64,000 nt of DNA from Epiperipatus broadwayi. Taxonomy: Eukaryota > Animalia > Onychophora. The stretch covers positions 28,706,001 through 28,770,000 of the forward strand of contig JAQFVV010000003.1 in the NCBI GenBank assembly GCA_028023455.1. The letters run 5' to 3'. The notes under the pieces were generated by a model, which was given only the letters and a program-made list of their open reading frames with translations, was not told where the DNA came from and did no database searches. A program made the translations under genes and the position numbers. This document shows, piece by piece, positions 48,675 through 63,600 of the stretch; position 1 is the first letter of the stretch, and every line of letters starts with the position of its first letter.

Positions 48675-51096
48675 TTTATCTTTTCACATGTGTGTGATCA
48701 GGTGGATCAGCAATATGAGATGGCACTGAGAGTAGTGGATTGTGTGAAAGTCTGAGTTCGAATCCCGCATATATTACATATATAAATGCAGGTTTAAGCC
48801 TGTAGAATGTATTAATTTATAAAGAGAAATGGTAAAAGTTTATCAAATTCATTTTTTCTCTAGCTGAATCCTAGTATTTTAAAATTTACATATTCACATA
48901 TTAAATATGTTTAAATTGACATCTTAAAAGTTTATCAATTTCACAATAAAAGTTGAACAAATTCAGTACTATTTGTCTTGCTATGTGACTCCATATTAAA
49001 TTTTACTTTTAACATTTTGTTAAATAAAATATATTCTTAAACTGAAATCCCAAAAGTTTATCAAATTCATTATTATAATTGATCTAAATTGTCATTATTT
49101 AAATGAGAAATTAAATACATGGTTTACAAACACAATTTAATTAAAAATGTATTTACAAAATCAAATTACTTTTAGTTTAAAAGTTTTTTCAACTGTGTAA
49201 TCTTTTGATTTTTGCTGCCCTCTTTTTGGTTTTTTTTAATGATGGGTTTTTTTATGATGTCATTCAAAATAATTACCCTCTTGTATCGATCTTGGAATTT
49301 GAATAATAAGAGCGAACTAAAGTTAAGCGCAAATTATAATAATCCTATGGATAGGAAAAGTTAATGCTTAATAATAAAAAATAACTTTTGTGATTTCACA
49401 CTTAAATCCAAATAACAAAGATGAAACAAGGTAGGAGAAAAAATATAATTTATTTTGATTGTAAATTATACTAATAGTCAGACCTTGCTGTATTCATAAA
49501 AATATAGACTATGGTTACTTTTCCAGACCATTATATCACCACTAATTCACTGAAGGGAACTTAGATCCTCTCTGGATTAAGAATTTTTTAAACCAGAGTG
49601 TCACACAATATTGGGAAATCCATTGGGAGGATATTTTACACCATCAGCATTATTAAGCATACAAATAATTTGGTAGAATATGAACTCTTATCTCACAAGC
49701 TATTACAAAATTAATTTATTATATTTAAATGGTCAAAATTTATGAGAGGAGAGACAAGAAGCTAGATTAGTAAATAATAAAAATTATTTATTAGACAACA
49801 TTCATTGATTAAATTACCCTACATTATTTTAATAAATGGTACCCAATAAACATCATATGATCACTATTCCTACTACTACTATATGGAGAGTTTTGCCTGT
49901 TTTAATTTTGGTATCCAATAAACTTAATATTATACATTAAAACGTATATGAAATATTAAACTACTATTACATTAGATAATAAAATATAAATAATAAATAC
50001 ATAAATATTACCATCCTTCAGGTGATCACACTTAAAATATCAAAAGTTTTATTAAAGTCAGTTTAAAATTCCTTTTTTGTTAAGCTTAACATTTTTCTTC
50101 ATTTGTTTTTATATTATGGAGTCTATTCTAGTATTTAAGTTGCTATAAATCTATCCTTGAAAATTTAGAAACATTTAAGGTTTCAACTTCTTTAGCAACT
50201 TTATATTTTAAATTATCTAGAGCATATTTTTTCACCTCTTTAATGACACATATTCCATGAGAGGACTTTCATTTAACATTATATGCAAGCATCATTTTTA
50301 AATGTAGATTAAGCACAACTCTGAAATGGCAATTCAAGTTTGATCACATATCAGGCTTTGAACATATAATCCAAACTATCCAGTCACACAGAGGATTTAG
50401 CTGCCATATGTCATCATAATCATTTTATAATATAACTTAGATGTTAAAAAAAATAAAACTTGAAGTTTTTACAAGCGGCTAATGACGAATGTTAAAACCA
50501 AAAGACAGATTCATGCTGGGAAGAGTGCAAGCTTTTAATAAAAAATTAATTACCCTGAGAATTGTTTAAATTATTACTATCTCATTATTTTTTCAAAATT
50601 AATTTTATTATTTACAATAAGAAAAAAAAATTTGTTACAATACAAAAATATTTTTTTATATACTTGACATTTTACTGAAATAAAATTTGGAATTCCTTTT
50701 TTTTTTAAACTAAAAAATCAGATTTTATTTTCAAACTTTGAATAATTGACTTATATTAATTTTAGAGACAAATTAAGCAAATTTCAAATCAGTGAATTAA
50801 AAGAAATTTTTTTTTTTTACTTGTCTACTCTTTTTTTCATCGCAAAAGTAACCAGCATTTAGCCACTCATGTGGGGCAATTATGTATCTTGCTTTGCAAC
50901 TGATACATTATAGATTTTCCATGCATTTTAATATTGCAAATTACAAATGTTTTTAAAAACATTTAAATCAAAAGTTTATATACTAATAAAATTCTATACA
51001 AAAAAAATGAAATGATTCAAGATTCTTCAAAATTAATGCAATATTTGATGAGTTATAAAATCATAAACAAACAAATAAACTTTCATATTTATTTAG

Positions 51097-51335
51097 TAAT
51101 ATAAAAATATAAACAAATATTATAGACAACTACATTTGAATTAATAAATAATAAATAATAAATTTATTACATCAAATCGATTTTTGTTCAAAATGAACCT
51201 TCTCAAGATGTTAGAATAAATCAAAAAGTCACGAGATTTATATTAACTTAGTATATACCTATTGTTCAAATTATTATTTATTATTTATTAATTCAAATGT
51301 AGTTGTCTATAATATTTGTTTATATTTTTATATTA
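51097..51335. mobile_element. MITE-like element with perfect 65-bp terminal inverted repeats
   Basis: 51097-51161 is the exact reverse complement of 51271-51335, with a 109-bp spacer and TA termini. Confidence 0.7.
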
Positions 51336-54300
51336 AAGTATTTTATGAAGGCAACATAATGGATTTTAATTCCATCATATGAAATATTATTTAGTAATAT
51401 AGATATACTTTTTAAATATTGTTATATTTCCTAGTACATATGTCTGAATACAGCTGTTTGGGAATTAAAAATGATCTGCAGAGGTTCAAATTCAAGGTCT
51501 AATTTTTATTTTATTTTTAAATTGCTGGGTTTTTTGTGTGATTGGATTGAAAAGCAATGCAAATTTTTACCTATATTAACATTTTGATATAGGTTTCTGT
51601 GTTTGTTTCCAAAACCAAATCTTATTCATTTCTGTCTATGATATCAGAATTTTGTTTTTGACAATCTGAGCAGAATTGCTTTTGAATACTCAAATTAATT
51701 TTTGTTCTATGCTGAAAGTTGTATTGGCAATTTGCAAAATAAAAGAGTGGTTGACAAAAAAAAAACAATGTTACTATCTTCTTTTATTAATATTTGATAT
51801 AAGAACATTAAATTTTTTCTTCTTGTAGATCAATAACCTTTATATGCCATGTTCTTTCTATTAAGAATTAATCAAAATCTTTTGTTTTGAATCTTTAGAA
51901 ATTTTTTTTTTTTTTAAGTTTTAATTGAGCAGAATAATTAATTAAAATAATGTTCTGATCTCAGTATTTTAAATAAAATTATTTGAATTGGTAACAAACT
52001 GAATTTTTTTTTAAAGTTTTAATTGAGCAGTTAGACTAATATTAGAATAGTATTGTGGTGAGCCAATGTTTATGGTTTTATTTTCTAGTGAGGGAAACTA
52101 AAAATAGTATAGGTCTTAATATTTCAATTAGAATTACTCTATGGAAAGACATTCTGTAATATCTAGCTATTCCAAGCTGTATATATCTTAAGTCTTTCAT
52201 TTATATGAATAATTGACTTTACCCCTAAAAATGATGTGAAATATCTTAAAAACTATAGTTATAGATGCTATAAACAGATTGTCAGTGGTTAATGCTGGTG
52301 AGAATTAGAATCTTTTATTCTGCAGTCAGCCAGAAAACATTAAATATTCAGAAATCTGCATCTCAAATCATCAGATAATAAACCATTTTGGTAAAATTGA
52401 GCTTTATCATGAATCACAATTGGTAAACAAAAAATTGTTTCTAAGAAAAACCATTCATGACACAGATAGTTAAAATTGTTTCTAAGAAAGACCATGTCAT
52501 ACATAAGTGTAATTTTTTTTTTTACTTTTCTAAATCTAATCTTTTACTAAAATTATCTATACTTAATTTAACTTTAACATTTTTTTCTAAAGATGATTTT
52601 TCTGATTTTTATTGTCTGTTTTTTTTTCTCATTTTATTTTTTGTTGTTTTTGTTAAAATTTATATGCATCAGCAACAACATAGAATGATGGTCACTGATG
52701 TCTTATCAGTATTTGAATTGATCACAAACTATTTTAGGCAAAATATTATATAATTTGTCAGCATCTAATATTATATGTGCATATATATAATATGCTCTTA
52801 TTGTTTACCAAAATGAATATTGGTTATGAATAGAATACTAATCAGCTATAACATACTGCTTTATGTTTTTATTGGGAAATGGTAAATGTTGTTTGTAGTC
52901 ACAAGTACTTTTTTATTTTGTGAAATAATCCATTATGTTTTTCTTGTATGTACTCAAGCTTTTGCTAAATGAACATTATTTTGTGAGGGTATATTCACAT
53001 TTCTTTATTGAAAATAACACAAATTTTAAAAGAAACGTTAATAATCTTAGAATGATCTTATTCTGATAGCATTCTTAATAAATGAATAGTTTTGAATAGT
53101 TGTTAATGTTTTACTGATGTCTATTTACTGAAAAATTCAAAGTGCACCTCCATCTGAATAAAATTCCTCCTCAATGACTTTCATGATTTTTTTTTTTTAA
53201 TTTTTATTTATAGTCTTTCTATTTTTGTCTTTTTTTTTTTTTTTACATTTTTTGTGTTTATCTTTTTTCTTAATAAATGAACTGTGATAAAATTATCCTC
53301 GGATGAACTTTTTTGTGATGCTTACATGTATTGATGAAAATTTTGATAGTTTTTTAGATGGTAATCATTTGTATTTTTATTTATTTATTATATCAGTGAT
53401 TTAATTAAAGTGATAATTATTTTATATTTTTACATTAGTTAAAAAAGAATTTCCATTAAAATAAATTGTGCTTAAGAAAAAAATATTCTCAATAAAATTT
53501 GAATTGCAACCTTCTGCTTTTAATTTCTGAAAATGCATAAATAATTCCCTCCTCTTCCATTGGGTTTGTATCATTTTTTTCAAAATGCTGTTTATAATTT
53601 TAATACTAAACTTCATATGGCTTTTGCAATTTCCATATTATACGAAGATATCTCTTGAGATCAAAATATAAACTCTTCGGTAATTCAGTATACAATTAGC
53701 TTATAAGTGAAGTCACAAAAATATATAAATGCTAATTGTAGATATTCAAGCAGATTAACTTAGATGCAAAATCTTAGGGTCCTAGCCATTACTTCAAATA
53801 ATAGTATGAGTAAAAGGTCAATACCAGATATATAAAATTTAAATTAGCCCCTTCTATGAAAAGTTCATAATAATGGGATGACCCCATGGGTATATCTGAC
53901 TGCATTGCCATTTTACATCCATTGATTTTATTTAATGTTTATATTTAACATCTAATCTAAGATAGAGAGAGATGTCATTTTCCAATTTATAACCTCCATT
54001 TTCAATATTTATTTAGCTTTTATATTTTAACTACAATCATTAATTGAACTTTGTATTTTACTATTAATCTACATATCAAATTTATATTTAAATTGAATGG
54101 CAATAAACATTTATCTCATATATATATAGAGTATATATTTAAAAAACAAAAACATTGTTTATTAAAAAACTATGAAAAACATTGTTTATTAAAAAACTAT
54201 GAATGGCTTATCTAATAATTGCATAATATAATGTTATTGTTTTAAGACAGTATTAAGTTATTAAATTGTAACAACAGAATTTAACATATTCAAATTATAT

Positions 54301-54574
54301 TAATAAAACAGTAGGTAATATACTCCTATAAATTATGAATACACAATAGGCTTGGAAAATTAAATATAATTCATTTAATGTATATTATTTGAATTTATTA
54401 AAAATAGGAATATTCCTGCAAATCTGTTGAATTTAGTTAATTAAAACAAAAATGTAAATGAATACTAATTATTTTAATTATTTGTAACTTGCGAAGATAT
54501 CCTTAATTTAATTATTGTTGTGTGAAATCATGCATATACTGAAGAAAAGGCATATCTTTTATTTCATGTATCAT

Positions 54575-54655
54575 AGCATTGGCCAGGAAGCGAACCCGTT
54601 AACCCGGGGCAACTGCTTGTAAGGTGGCTGTGCTGACTTCTCGACCACCATTGAT
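54575..54655 (-). mobile_element. tRNA-derived SINE head (degenerate)
   Basis: Minus strand TGGTGGTCGAGAAGTCAGCAC...GGGTTCGCTTCCTGGCC has A-box and B-box-like motifs at tRNA-like spacing in a GC-rich island. Confidence 0.5.
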
Positions 54656-57600
54656 TTTGCGAATTTGGAAAGAAGAAAAAAAGTCATAATATATATTGAA
54701 ATTTTTTTATTATATATATCTGCATAATTTGATTTGCAGACAAAAAGATTTTCAGAAGTGCTCAAAAAGTAGATTGTGATTGCTCATACTCTTATGTGGT
54801 TATGTATAAGTTTTTTTCAACATTAATGAAAAATTAAAAACTTAAGTCAACTACTTTAATTTCTAAATAGGCAGTCCTATTGAGTTTATAAACACTCTAA
54901 TAGTCATTGGATATTAGATGGCAGTCCAGACAGACCAATTTTTATTCAAGTGATTATCTAATAATTGATGTTTATTGGATTGTATCATTCAGCTAATGAT
55001 CTAACATTTTAAAACATTTTTGAGTTTTTGAATCTGTGCTAACTTACTTCTATAGCTGAATGAAGTTTTATACTTTGCAGTTATATTTTACTGATCTTGA
55101 TTATATGCTAAATGCAGAAATCCTTGGTCTTTTGAAGAAAAAGATATTTACCAAAACTAAACACTACATGACTTAGTTCTTACTTAATCTGTCTTAGACA
55201 GTGATAATTCTTTTATCCTTACTTTAGAATCAATTATTAATTATAAGGTAAAATAGCAGCTCCATATATTTAACATCACAGGAATGTAAATACATTAGGA
55301 TATATATATCTAACTTTTTATTTTTACAGAAAAATCATAAGGATGTGGAAAAAATAATATTTGACAGGAAATTTCTATCAGTTTTGTGAGCTTGTGAGAG
55401 GAAATAATGAATAAATAAATTTCTTCACAAAGATTCTGAACTTTTTTAACTGTTAATTGTTTTAAGATTAAGTCTCAGTGACAATCTTCTCTGAAGAAAG
55501 GAGCATGAAATTCTGAGCAGAAATCAATGCTTATTGAGAAAGACTTATGACTATTACAAAGTATTGTAGCCAAAAAAAGCACAGTCTCATCAGAAGATTA
55601 ATACACTTTTCAAAACTTTTGTAATTATCCAAATAATTCCTTATGATTTTCACAAGCAGAATATTCACAAGGGAGGTGATATTTTAAAGATATTTTTCTG
55701 ATGTCAATATTATGGCACAGAAATTCAGAATCTTTAGCTTAACTGGATAGCAGATGAGCATTGTCAGTTTGAGTTTTGATCAATAATTTACTCCAGAATG
55801 TAATAGCTGTGATTCTTAATATACTTTAAAACTATAAAGATTATTCACTATTTAATTAAGATCAGGGTTCCAAGTCTTCTGCACTACAATATTCACATCA
55901 GAAAGAGTATATTTGAAATGGCAACTCCCTCATGATTTATTTGTGAAGATCATGATATATTGATCTGATAGAACTTATTTGGTTTATTTTTGGGGAGGCA
56001 GACTCTGTTTATGTTGTAGGGATTATCTCAAAACCATTCCAAAAAGTGCATTTTAATTACTTTCAAAGGCAGAATATAATAGAGAGCAACAATTAGCCAG
56101 GGTTTTGGAAACTTACAAAAAGAAACGTTTACTGCAGAAAAAGATAAAAGATAGTATTTCAAAATATTAAATAAATAGAATAATAAACCTATTATGTTCA
56201 ATATTTAGACTATTAGTATTTCACAGACTATTAATATTTCACCATTGTTTTTAATCATTGCAAAACTCATTTCTAATATATGATTATAATCATCATCATC
56301 ACATCTTTTTTCTTTCTTGGAGTTGAAATTGCCCATACTCATTTTGTGAATGGCTACTATTGCTGATAATCAGAATACTCCAGCTTACATATGATACAAT
56401 TTTTAGCATGAATTTTTACTATTCTTTTGGATGATCGAATGTACTGTTAGATGTGACCTTACATTTCTCCAGTACCATTAACAACATTCTTTGCCTAATT
56501 CAAATCCAAAACCCAATATAACAACATTCTCTACCAACCACAACATTAATGAGAATGAAAATCAATTAAAATTTATTACAGTAAAAAAAATGAAACTAGT
56601 CATAAACACTAGTTAAGAAATAATTGTTTTTTCCAATTAAACATCTAATTAATTTTTATGATAAATACGTTATCTTAATTAAACCATAAAACATAGACAC
56701 AAATTCTAACTTTTGTTAAAAACATCTCGTCAATTGTGATGTAACTTATATACATTATAACAATACAAAGGAAATATGATCAGATGGATTTAAGTGTAAG
56801 AAAGAAGTAAAAAATTATTTAAAAGAAAGAAATAACAAATATTTTTTTTGTTGTTATTAATATATTATATACTAATGACGTAAATAATTAATTCATAACC
56901 ACAAACTGCTACTTGAATTCATCAAAAATCATATTATATTGAACATCCTCATTTTGATAATTAGAGAAATATAAAAACCAATAACTTTCTAAAAGATCAG
57001 ACAAAAAAATCTCTTCGGCTGAACAACCAGCACAAAGTTTAAGCGGAGAAATCGAATTTGCAGTTTGAATAGAGAATTCATCTGCCATTAAAGCGAAATA
57101 TTAATGAAAATAACTTCAGATATTAAGTAAAGCTAAATAAAAAGGCATATGGATTCAAACTAGCCAACTGAGGGATTCTAAAGTGAAATCTCCAAAATTA
57201 ACTTTAAATTATTCAACATTTCCAAAGTGTTCTTTATCTAAAAGTAAAGATATTGCTTTTAATTCACTCAAGATATTCTACTAAATATATATAAATAGCA
57301 ATACGTACAACCATGCACCCATGGAGCTGTAATTTCCAAAACTGAAGTGAATTCAACCTAACATTTTTTCATCTATGCTGTGAAACATCGACTTTACTAT
57401 TGAGAAATGAATCGACAAACTCTACATCTCAAAGCAGACCTTCTTAAGCGAGGAATTATGTGACATAACTGATGATCTAGAACACTTGAATCTTACCACC
57501 TATAATCTGAAATGGATTAAGGAGGAGAATTATAATTTTTTGCTAGGACATTTTCCTTATGAACTCTCAAGTTACCTTTAAGTTGACGTCATAATTTTTA

Positions 57601-60600
57601 TGTATTTATTTAATTTATGTAAATTACTTTATTTATCTCTTTCCTTTAGTATGGATTGAAGGGAGGGGGGTATAAGTTATTAGTACACAATAGAAGGGAT
57701 AAATATTATTAGCCTTATTGTAAATTAAAATAAAATATAGGTTCAGATGAGAACTTGCTTGCGTATAGGTCTGATCATCACCAAGAGAGAAGTACGATTT
57801 TACCCTTAATATATATTAATTACCAACACTTGTACAGTGACACTGTTATTTTTTTTCTTTTTTGTTTGTTATTATTAATCATTTAGTTAATTGTTTTCAG
57901 TGTACCTGACTAATTATTTCTAGTATAAATGGCGTTTTCTGGATATATAATAATCAAATACTATAGAAGGGGGATCTCATATCACCAACATATGATTGGT
58001 ATGAATTAACCAATCAAATTATTGGAGATAATAACAAATTATGATTTTGATAAAATAAATTAGCAAGCAACAGTAATTTAAATAATCATAGTTATAAAAT
58101 AATTTTCCTATGTGTTAATATTGACATCAAATAGTTATTCTTTGAAGGGAACAAAGGGTTGAACCAATAATTATAAATAATAATAGTCAAAGAATATTCA
58201 CCAATGTTAAATTAAATTATTTATATTTGTTATAACTTTGTTATCAAATTTATGCTAACTGTGAATAAATTTGTTAAATATATATAATTTTGAAATTAAA
58301 GACTATCGTTTGTATTTTTCTATATTCAGTTCTCAATTTGTCATATATTCTTACACACTTACATATATTTTGACATATCCTCATACATTTTCACATATTT
58401 GCACATACCCACATGTTAAATGATATTGATATACCCTGAACTAGACGACTGCATATTCTTCTCGAGTTCAAAATGCGGGAATAATGGAAACTAAAGATGG
58501 TAAGAATGAGATGAATATATGGGTGTAGTTTGATACATGTTTAAGTATTAATACTCCATTTCCAGGAATGAGATCAAAGTAGGTGTAGGTATATACATTT
58601 AGAAATTCCAGATAGACTTTCTGACTCACTGTGATCATTTAGCTAATCTACTATCATATAAGGTCGAGACCCGTTCCGTTACAGTACATTATAATTAGTA
58701 GCTTATAACAAGCCAATGAAATACATAATTGTTAATTTAATGTCAGATTCACATATCTATACAACAAACTTGATTTGAGTTCAAAACCTTAAATTATTTT
58801 GACATTTTAAATATTTTGCTTAAATAGTAGAATAAGAGCAAAAATAACCATTGAACAGGTAAAGTAAAAATTTTCTTCAATAAAAGCTAGATGACTAAAA
58901 ACTTGTCTAGAATTTTGGATTGTCTGCCATCATATGTGAGCTGAATTTCACAATGCTTATATTTTAGCTTTTAGAGTGAAGGGAGAGGTTGTAACATTTT
59001 CTAAAAAGTTTAACTACTTTCTCTTACTAATTGTAAAAGGTTTTTTATATTTTGGCATAATGGCTTTATAGTTTTTCTTCTGTAATTCTTTTTAATAGGT
59101 TTGATTTCAACATGGTCTTTTTTTTTCTTCTTAGTCTCACATATGTTATCACAGTATATTTCTCATTCAGTTAATTTTTGATTTGCTTTTTTGCTATGCA
59201 AATCTGGCCATTTAATATCATTTAGCATTTATTATATTTGATTTTAATCCATTAGGATCATCTATATTAAATTATTAGCTAGTATCTGAAGACATACAGA
59301 CTCATTGAAATAATACTTCTGATATAAATATTTTTGCTGAATATTAAATATATATATTTCTCTCGAGTCATTTTAGCCATTTGCTGCAAAAGATTTGGAA
59401 AGCAAACAATTCTACTTATCCAGAAATATTTTTGTTAGAAAATGCTTGTTCAGTTCTTTCATCATAAAGATTTTTGATAACAAATAGTGGGAAATTCATT
59501 GCAACTATTTTCTTATTAATTTCAAGTCTAATATCAGTCTATAATGCTTTCCCATCTTGCCTTTCAATACATATCATAGGGCCATTAAATGAGGACATTT
59601 TGTCTATAATGTCTACAGAAGTTCATTTATTTTTTAGTTATGATGATGGAATATCTTTTGCTAAAAATGACTGTTTCTGGATATAGGGCAATTTTGTATT
59701 GAACTACTCTTGATTCTTTTGGCTGTCGGTGTTTTTTCTGACTTTAGAATTTTTAAATATTTTTATTTCAATTAATTTCTTTGAATTTATTTTAATTGTT
59801 TTATTATTATACAACTTGGGTTTGATCTTATATTTTGGTTTGGCTTTAAGCATTTAAATTGAAAACTTTAATGTTATTCATTTTTGGTTAAAAATTCAGG
59901 ATATGATTTGTTATGACATTACAGCTATTACTATGAGAAAATGTTACACATTACTGTCTATTAATATTAACTATTTGCAATATTCCCATTGTACTTTTGA
60001 TGCCTAACTTGCATTTAAATTATACTTTTTATGTTTTTTTCTCTTTATGATAAATAATTATTTTTTATTTAGGTTTAGATTTAATACTTGATTTTAAAAT
60101 CCATAAATTGCTACCACTTTTTCATTCACAGTTTTAATATTTATTAGTAAAATTTGGACACCAAATGATAGTACAAAACATATTCCCAGACAAATTTCTG
60201 GTGTTTGTTTTCATCAATGAGTAATAGCAATAAAGTGGTTTTTGATGGTTATGTGTCAGTGCACTCTTTATACTTGCATGAATAGCTCTAGTGTAAAATG
60301 ATTAATCCCTTACTACTTATCTTAATCTGTATTTTATTCTTGACCCCACTTATTATCTAATATCAGTTTGACTTTAGTGTTATATTATTTTTCCTTAGAT
60401 AGTAATCTACCTATTTCTACCATTACTTTTTTATTGTGCTTTACTCATTTTTATCCTTTTATTGGGTTTTAGAACTTTTGTCTGTATACTAAATAGCATT
60501 TGTCTTTCTATTTTGAATCATTACCTTTTTCTACCAATTGATTGTATGAGGATATTTTGTTTCTAAGAATTATATCTTTCAGATGTAGCAATTCAGCTGA

Positions 60601-63600
60601 ATGTGTATCATTTATTCTTCTTTTGAGTTCAGCTGAATGGTATTTATATTTAAAAATGATTAATCTTCTCTTTAATGCAGCTGAATCAAATTTGTTAATT
60701 CATCTTTTTATCTTTCTTGAAAATCAGGGCTTCTTTTTACTTACATGTTAATGACATGTTATGCATACTGTTTCTTTTAATCCCTTCAGTAGGTAGCTTG
60801 TATTTTCAGTTGATTTCTTTATCCAGAAATTTTGTTCCTTTATGTGCCAAGTGTTCTTCATAATGGACTTATCTATTGACTGTTTAGCAGTATAGAAATG
60901 TTGCTTATCAATGCTTTAAATTACAATTTGAATTTTTTAAAGCCTAGCTGAAACATTCTATTTGATGCCATTATTATTTGTCAGGTTTTTTTTTTTTACA
61001 CATCTATTAATATCATGTATATTCTATTTGTATTTCAACCATACTGGTTTTTCTTGTTATCTCATGGATAATGAATTCATAGTTATTAAGTATTGATTGG
61101 TAAATGAATATCTACACTGTGTATTTATTTGTATTTAGCTAGAAGATAAAAATTGGAAGATATGTTAGATAGATTTAATTAACTTCAGAGTATTGATCAC
61201 AAAATAGTACTTTCACTGTTAAGTGCTGGAAATATTTCTATAGGCTCTGAACTTATTGAATACCTTTATCTCATTTCACTAAGTGGCTTCATTAGTTTTA
61301 TATTGATCATTACAAGTTCTGAATGAATATTGGCATGCTTTTTTTTTTATTATCTTTAATTAATGTTGCATAATAAATAAATTATATAATGGATGATTTT
61401 TATTGGTTCAACACAATTATGTGATGTTTTCCCAAATGAGCTATTCTGTATACATTTGTACTATATATCAAGTGCAAAATAAGTAATACCTCAGTATTTT
61501 AAATCTCTTAAATAAATAAAAAGTATTATTTAATTAAAGAAGAAACTTAAAAAATATATATTAATTAAATATGAAAATCTGTAATTTAAAATTCATATGC
61601 AAATAATGACTGTAAAAATATATATAATTTTTTTTTTTTGTTAATAAAGATTTTATTTAAAATAAATATAACTAATGCAATTTAGTTGTATTGTATTATT
61701 TTATAGCACTCTGCATAGTTAGAATTTTATCTAGACTGTCTAGTTGCCAAAAGCCAGCAGAATTTTGAATTTAAATATAATAATTTGTTCAATAATGTTT
61801 TATTCCTGCCACCATTTTAAACTCTGTGATTGAACCATGAAATTATTGAAGAGTTATATTATCTATTAAGCTTCATTACCTGAATTAGAGATGGAAAAAA
61901 AATTATTGAAAACAGAATAAAAAACAAATTTATTTTTAGGGATTTTGTGATTTTATATTAGTATGTTGCTTATCTCAATTCCACCATATCACAACTATCC
62001 ATCAGCACAGAAACTCATAACATTCTCTCTCATTGAAACAGTAAGATTTGAATCCAAATCTTAGTTTCACTTCAGTTCTATCAATTTGTCACCTCTCACC
62101 CATTATTACCATTTTACCTAAGTTCAAACTTCGGATATTGGACTGTGTGCGGGTATTATTATAAAATATATGTACATTTTCATTAAAAAGATCGTATAGA
62201 TGCACATACCCTGGTATAAGAGATGAGTTTTAAAGTCATACCACGTTATTTAAAATAATCGATAAATTAATAAATGCCAATAATATAAAATAAAATATGT
62301 TTACAGTTAAGATTTATTTTAATTTAATATCCAAAAGTTATTCCTTTAAATAATATTTTAAAAAGAAAGTTAAAGCGTTATAAATCGAGATGTAAATAGA
62401 AATTCCATTGGGTCTTTTGTCAAAATTACAAGTTATAGTGGGAGGGGAAAAAGAGATAGAACTGAAAAGTATTCCTGAAACTCATTATTAAGTAATTTTG
62501 TTAAAAGCATTTTAAATAGGTCAAATGTAAACAAAAAAAAAAAAGTAAAGTAAAAGTGGCCACATTGAAATCGTGATCTTAACCATGTGCCACTAATGCA
62601 TCTTTTACCTGAGGGAATATAATAGCGCCAATGAGAGACCTTTTGGTTTTATGATGCATCGCGCGATGGATCCGAAAGATAAGAAAGAAAGTAATAAAAG
62701 CTAAAGTTTCATATCAAAAAAAAAAGGAAAGGAAAAAAAGAAGAGACAACAAAAGAGAGAAGTCCTTCTCTTGTTCTGGCACTGATCTGGTCTATGTGCT
62801 ATTTGGTAAAAGAATATTTATTTTAGTATAACGTGAAAGTGTGCGAAAAGTAGAGATCATCGCTATAACCCTCCGACCTATGGCTATGGAAATGCTGAAC
62901 TTCCCATTTGATCTAAGTGAAACAAATCTAAACCAGACTGCTGCTTATGTATTCAGAATGTGAATGCTTATTATAATAATCGAACTAATGCTATTAATGA
63001 ATGAACCCTGGATTCTAGAAACTGAGTGTGCACACTTCGAATAATCAAAGGTAAACAATGCCCAAGATTAAAGACTTTCTTTAGGACTTTTAGTTTAAAT
63101 TTCTATTATATTGTTTCCGTAAATTTAAAATCTTACCCTCATTTCGTAAATCTTTAATGAAATTCTGTTTAATATGTTATGTAAATCTAATCAATCCTAT
63201 ACTTGTTTTATCTATTTACTTAGGTATCCATTTATTTACTATTTGTTTATATTATATTTCATGCCTACATGATTTCCGAGCTGATATTCTATCATAAATA
63301 AACTCGTTAAGAATCGCTGCTCATTGGCACACATTCCTATTTCGTAATATTCCCTTTTATTTTATAAACAGTCAGCTCAGAAGTTATAAGTTTTATCATT
63401 TATAGTTTATTGTAAATAATATTTATGTGAGATCCCATAACTTTTAGTATAGTGTGCTGGCCATCTTAGCCATCGTCCCATGTTATGTCGAATTTTGTAT
63501 CGGCTTGTAGTTTAACAACCTAATTTATCCGTAATATTATTACATATGGGGCAAATATTAATTCTGTTAGTCAGTGTGTGGGATTGGAAATGGGTTCTCT

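Larger units (their letters stand above)
47459..48818. mobile_element. Family 2 hammerhead-repeat array: ~1.3 units on - (47459-48072) joined head-to-head to ~1.6 units on + (48073-48818)
   Basis: Periods are 482 nt (47458/47940) and 479 nt (48152/48631). An exact 13-bp direct repeat ATAAAGAGAAATG lies at 47446-47458 and 48819-48831. Copies are nearly identical. Confidence 0.93.

Noticed and set aside
47459-48818. Palindromic arrays as assembly or amplification fold-back artefacts
   Set aside because: The arms differ by scattered substitutions, are asymmetric, and are bounded by TSDs. The same architecture recurs at several loci. Long reads would settle it.
57000-57600. Possible decayed coding sequence (IDKLYISKQTFLSEEL...)
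   Set aside because: It is short, interrupted by stops and has no recognisable domain.
5050-60751. The many 60-110 aa ORFs in the track outside annotated elements
   Set aside because: Most start at non-ATG codons, have the Ile/Phe/Lys/Asn bias of AT-rich non-coding DNA, or are antisense shadows of transposon ORFs.
62657-62668. CATCGCGCGATG palindrome near GAAA
   Set aside because: There is no hammerhead core, and a 12-bp palindrome alone is uninformative.
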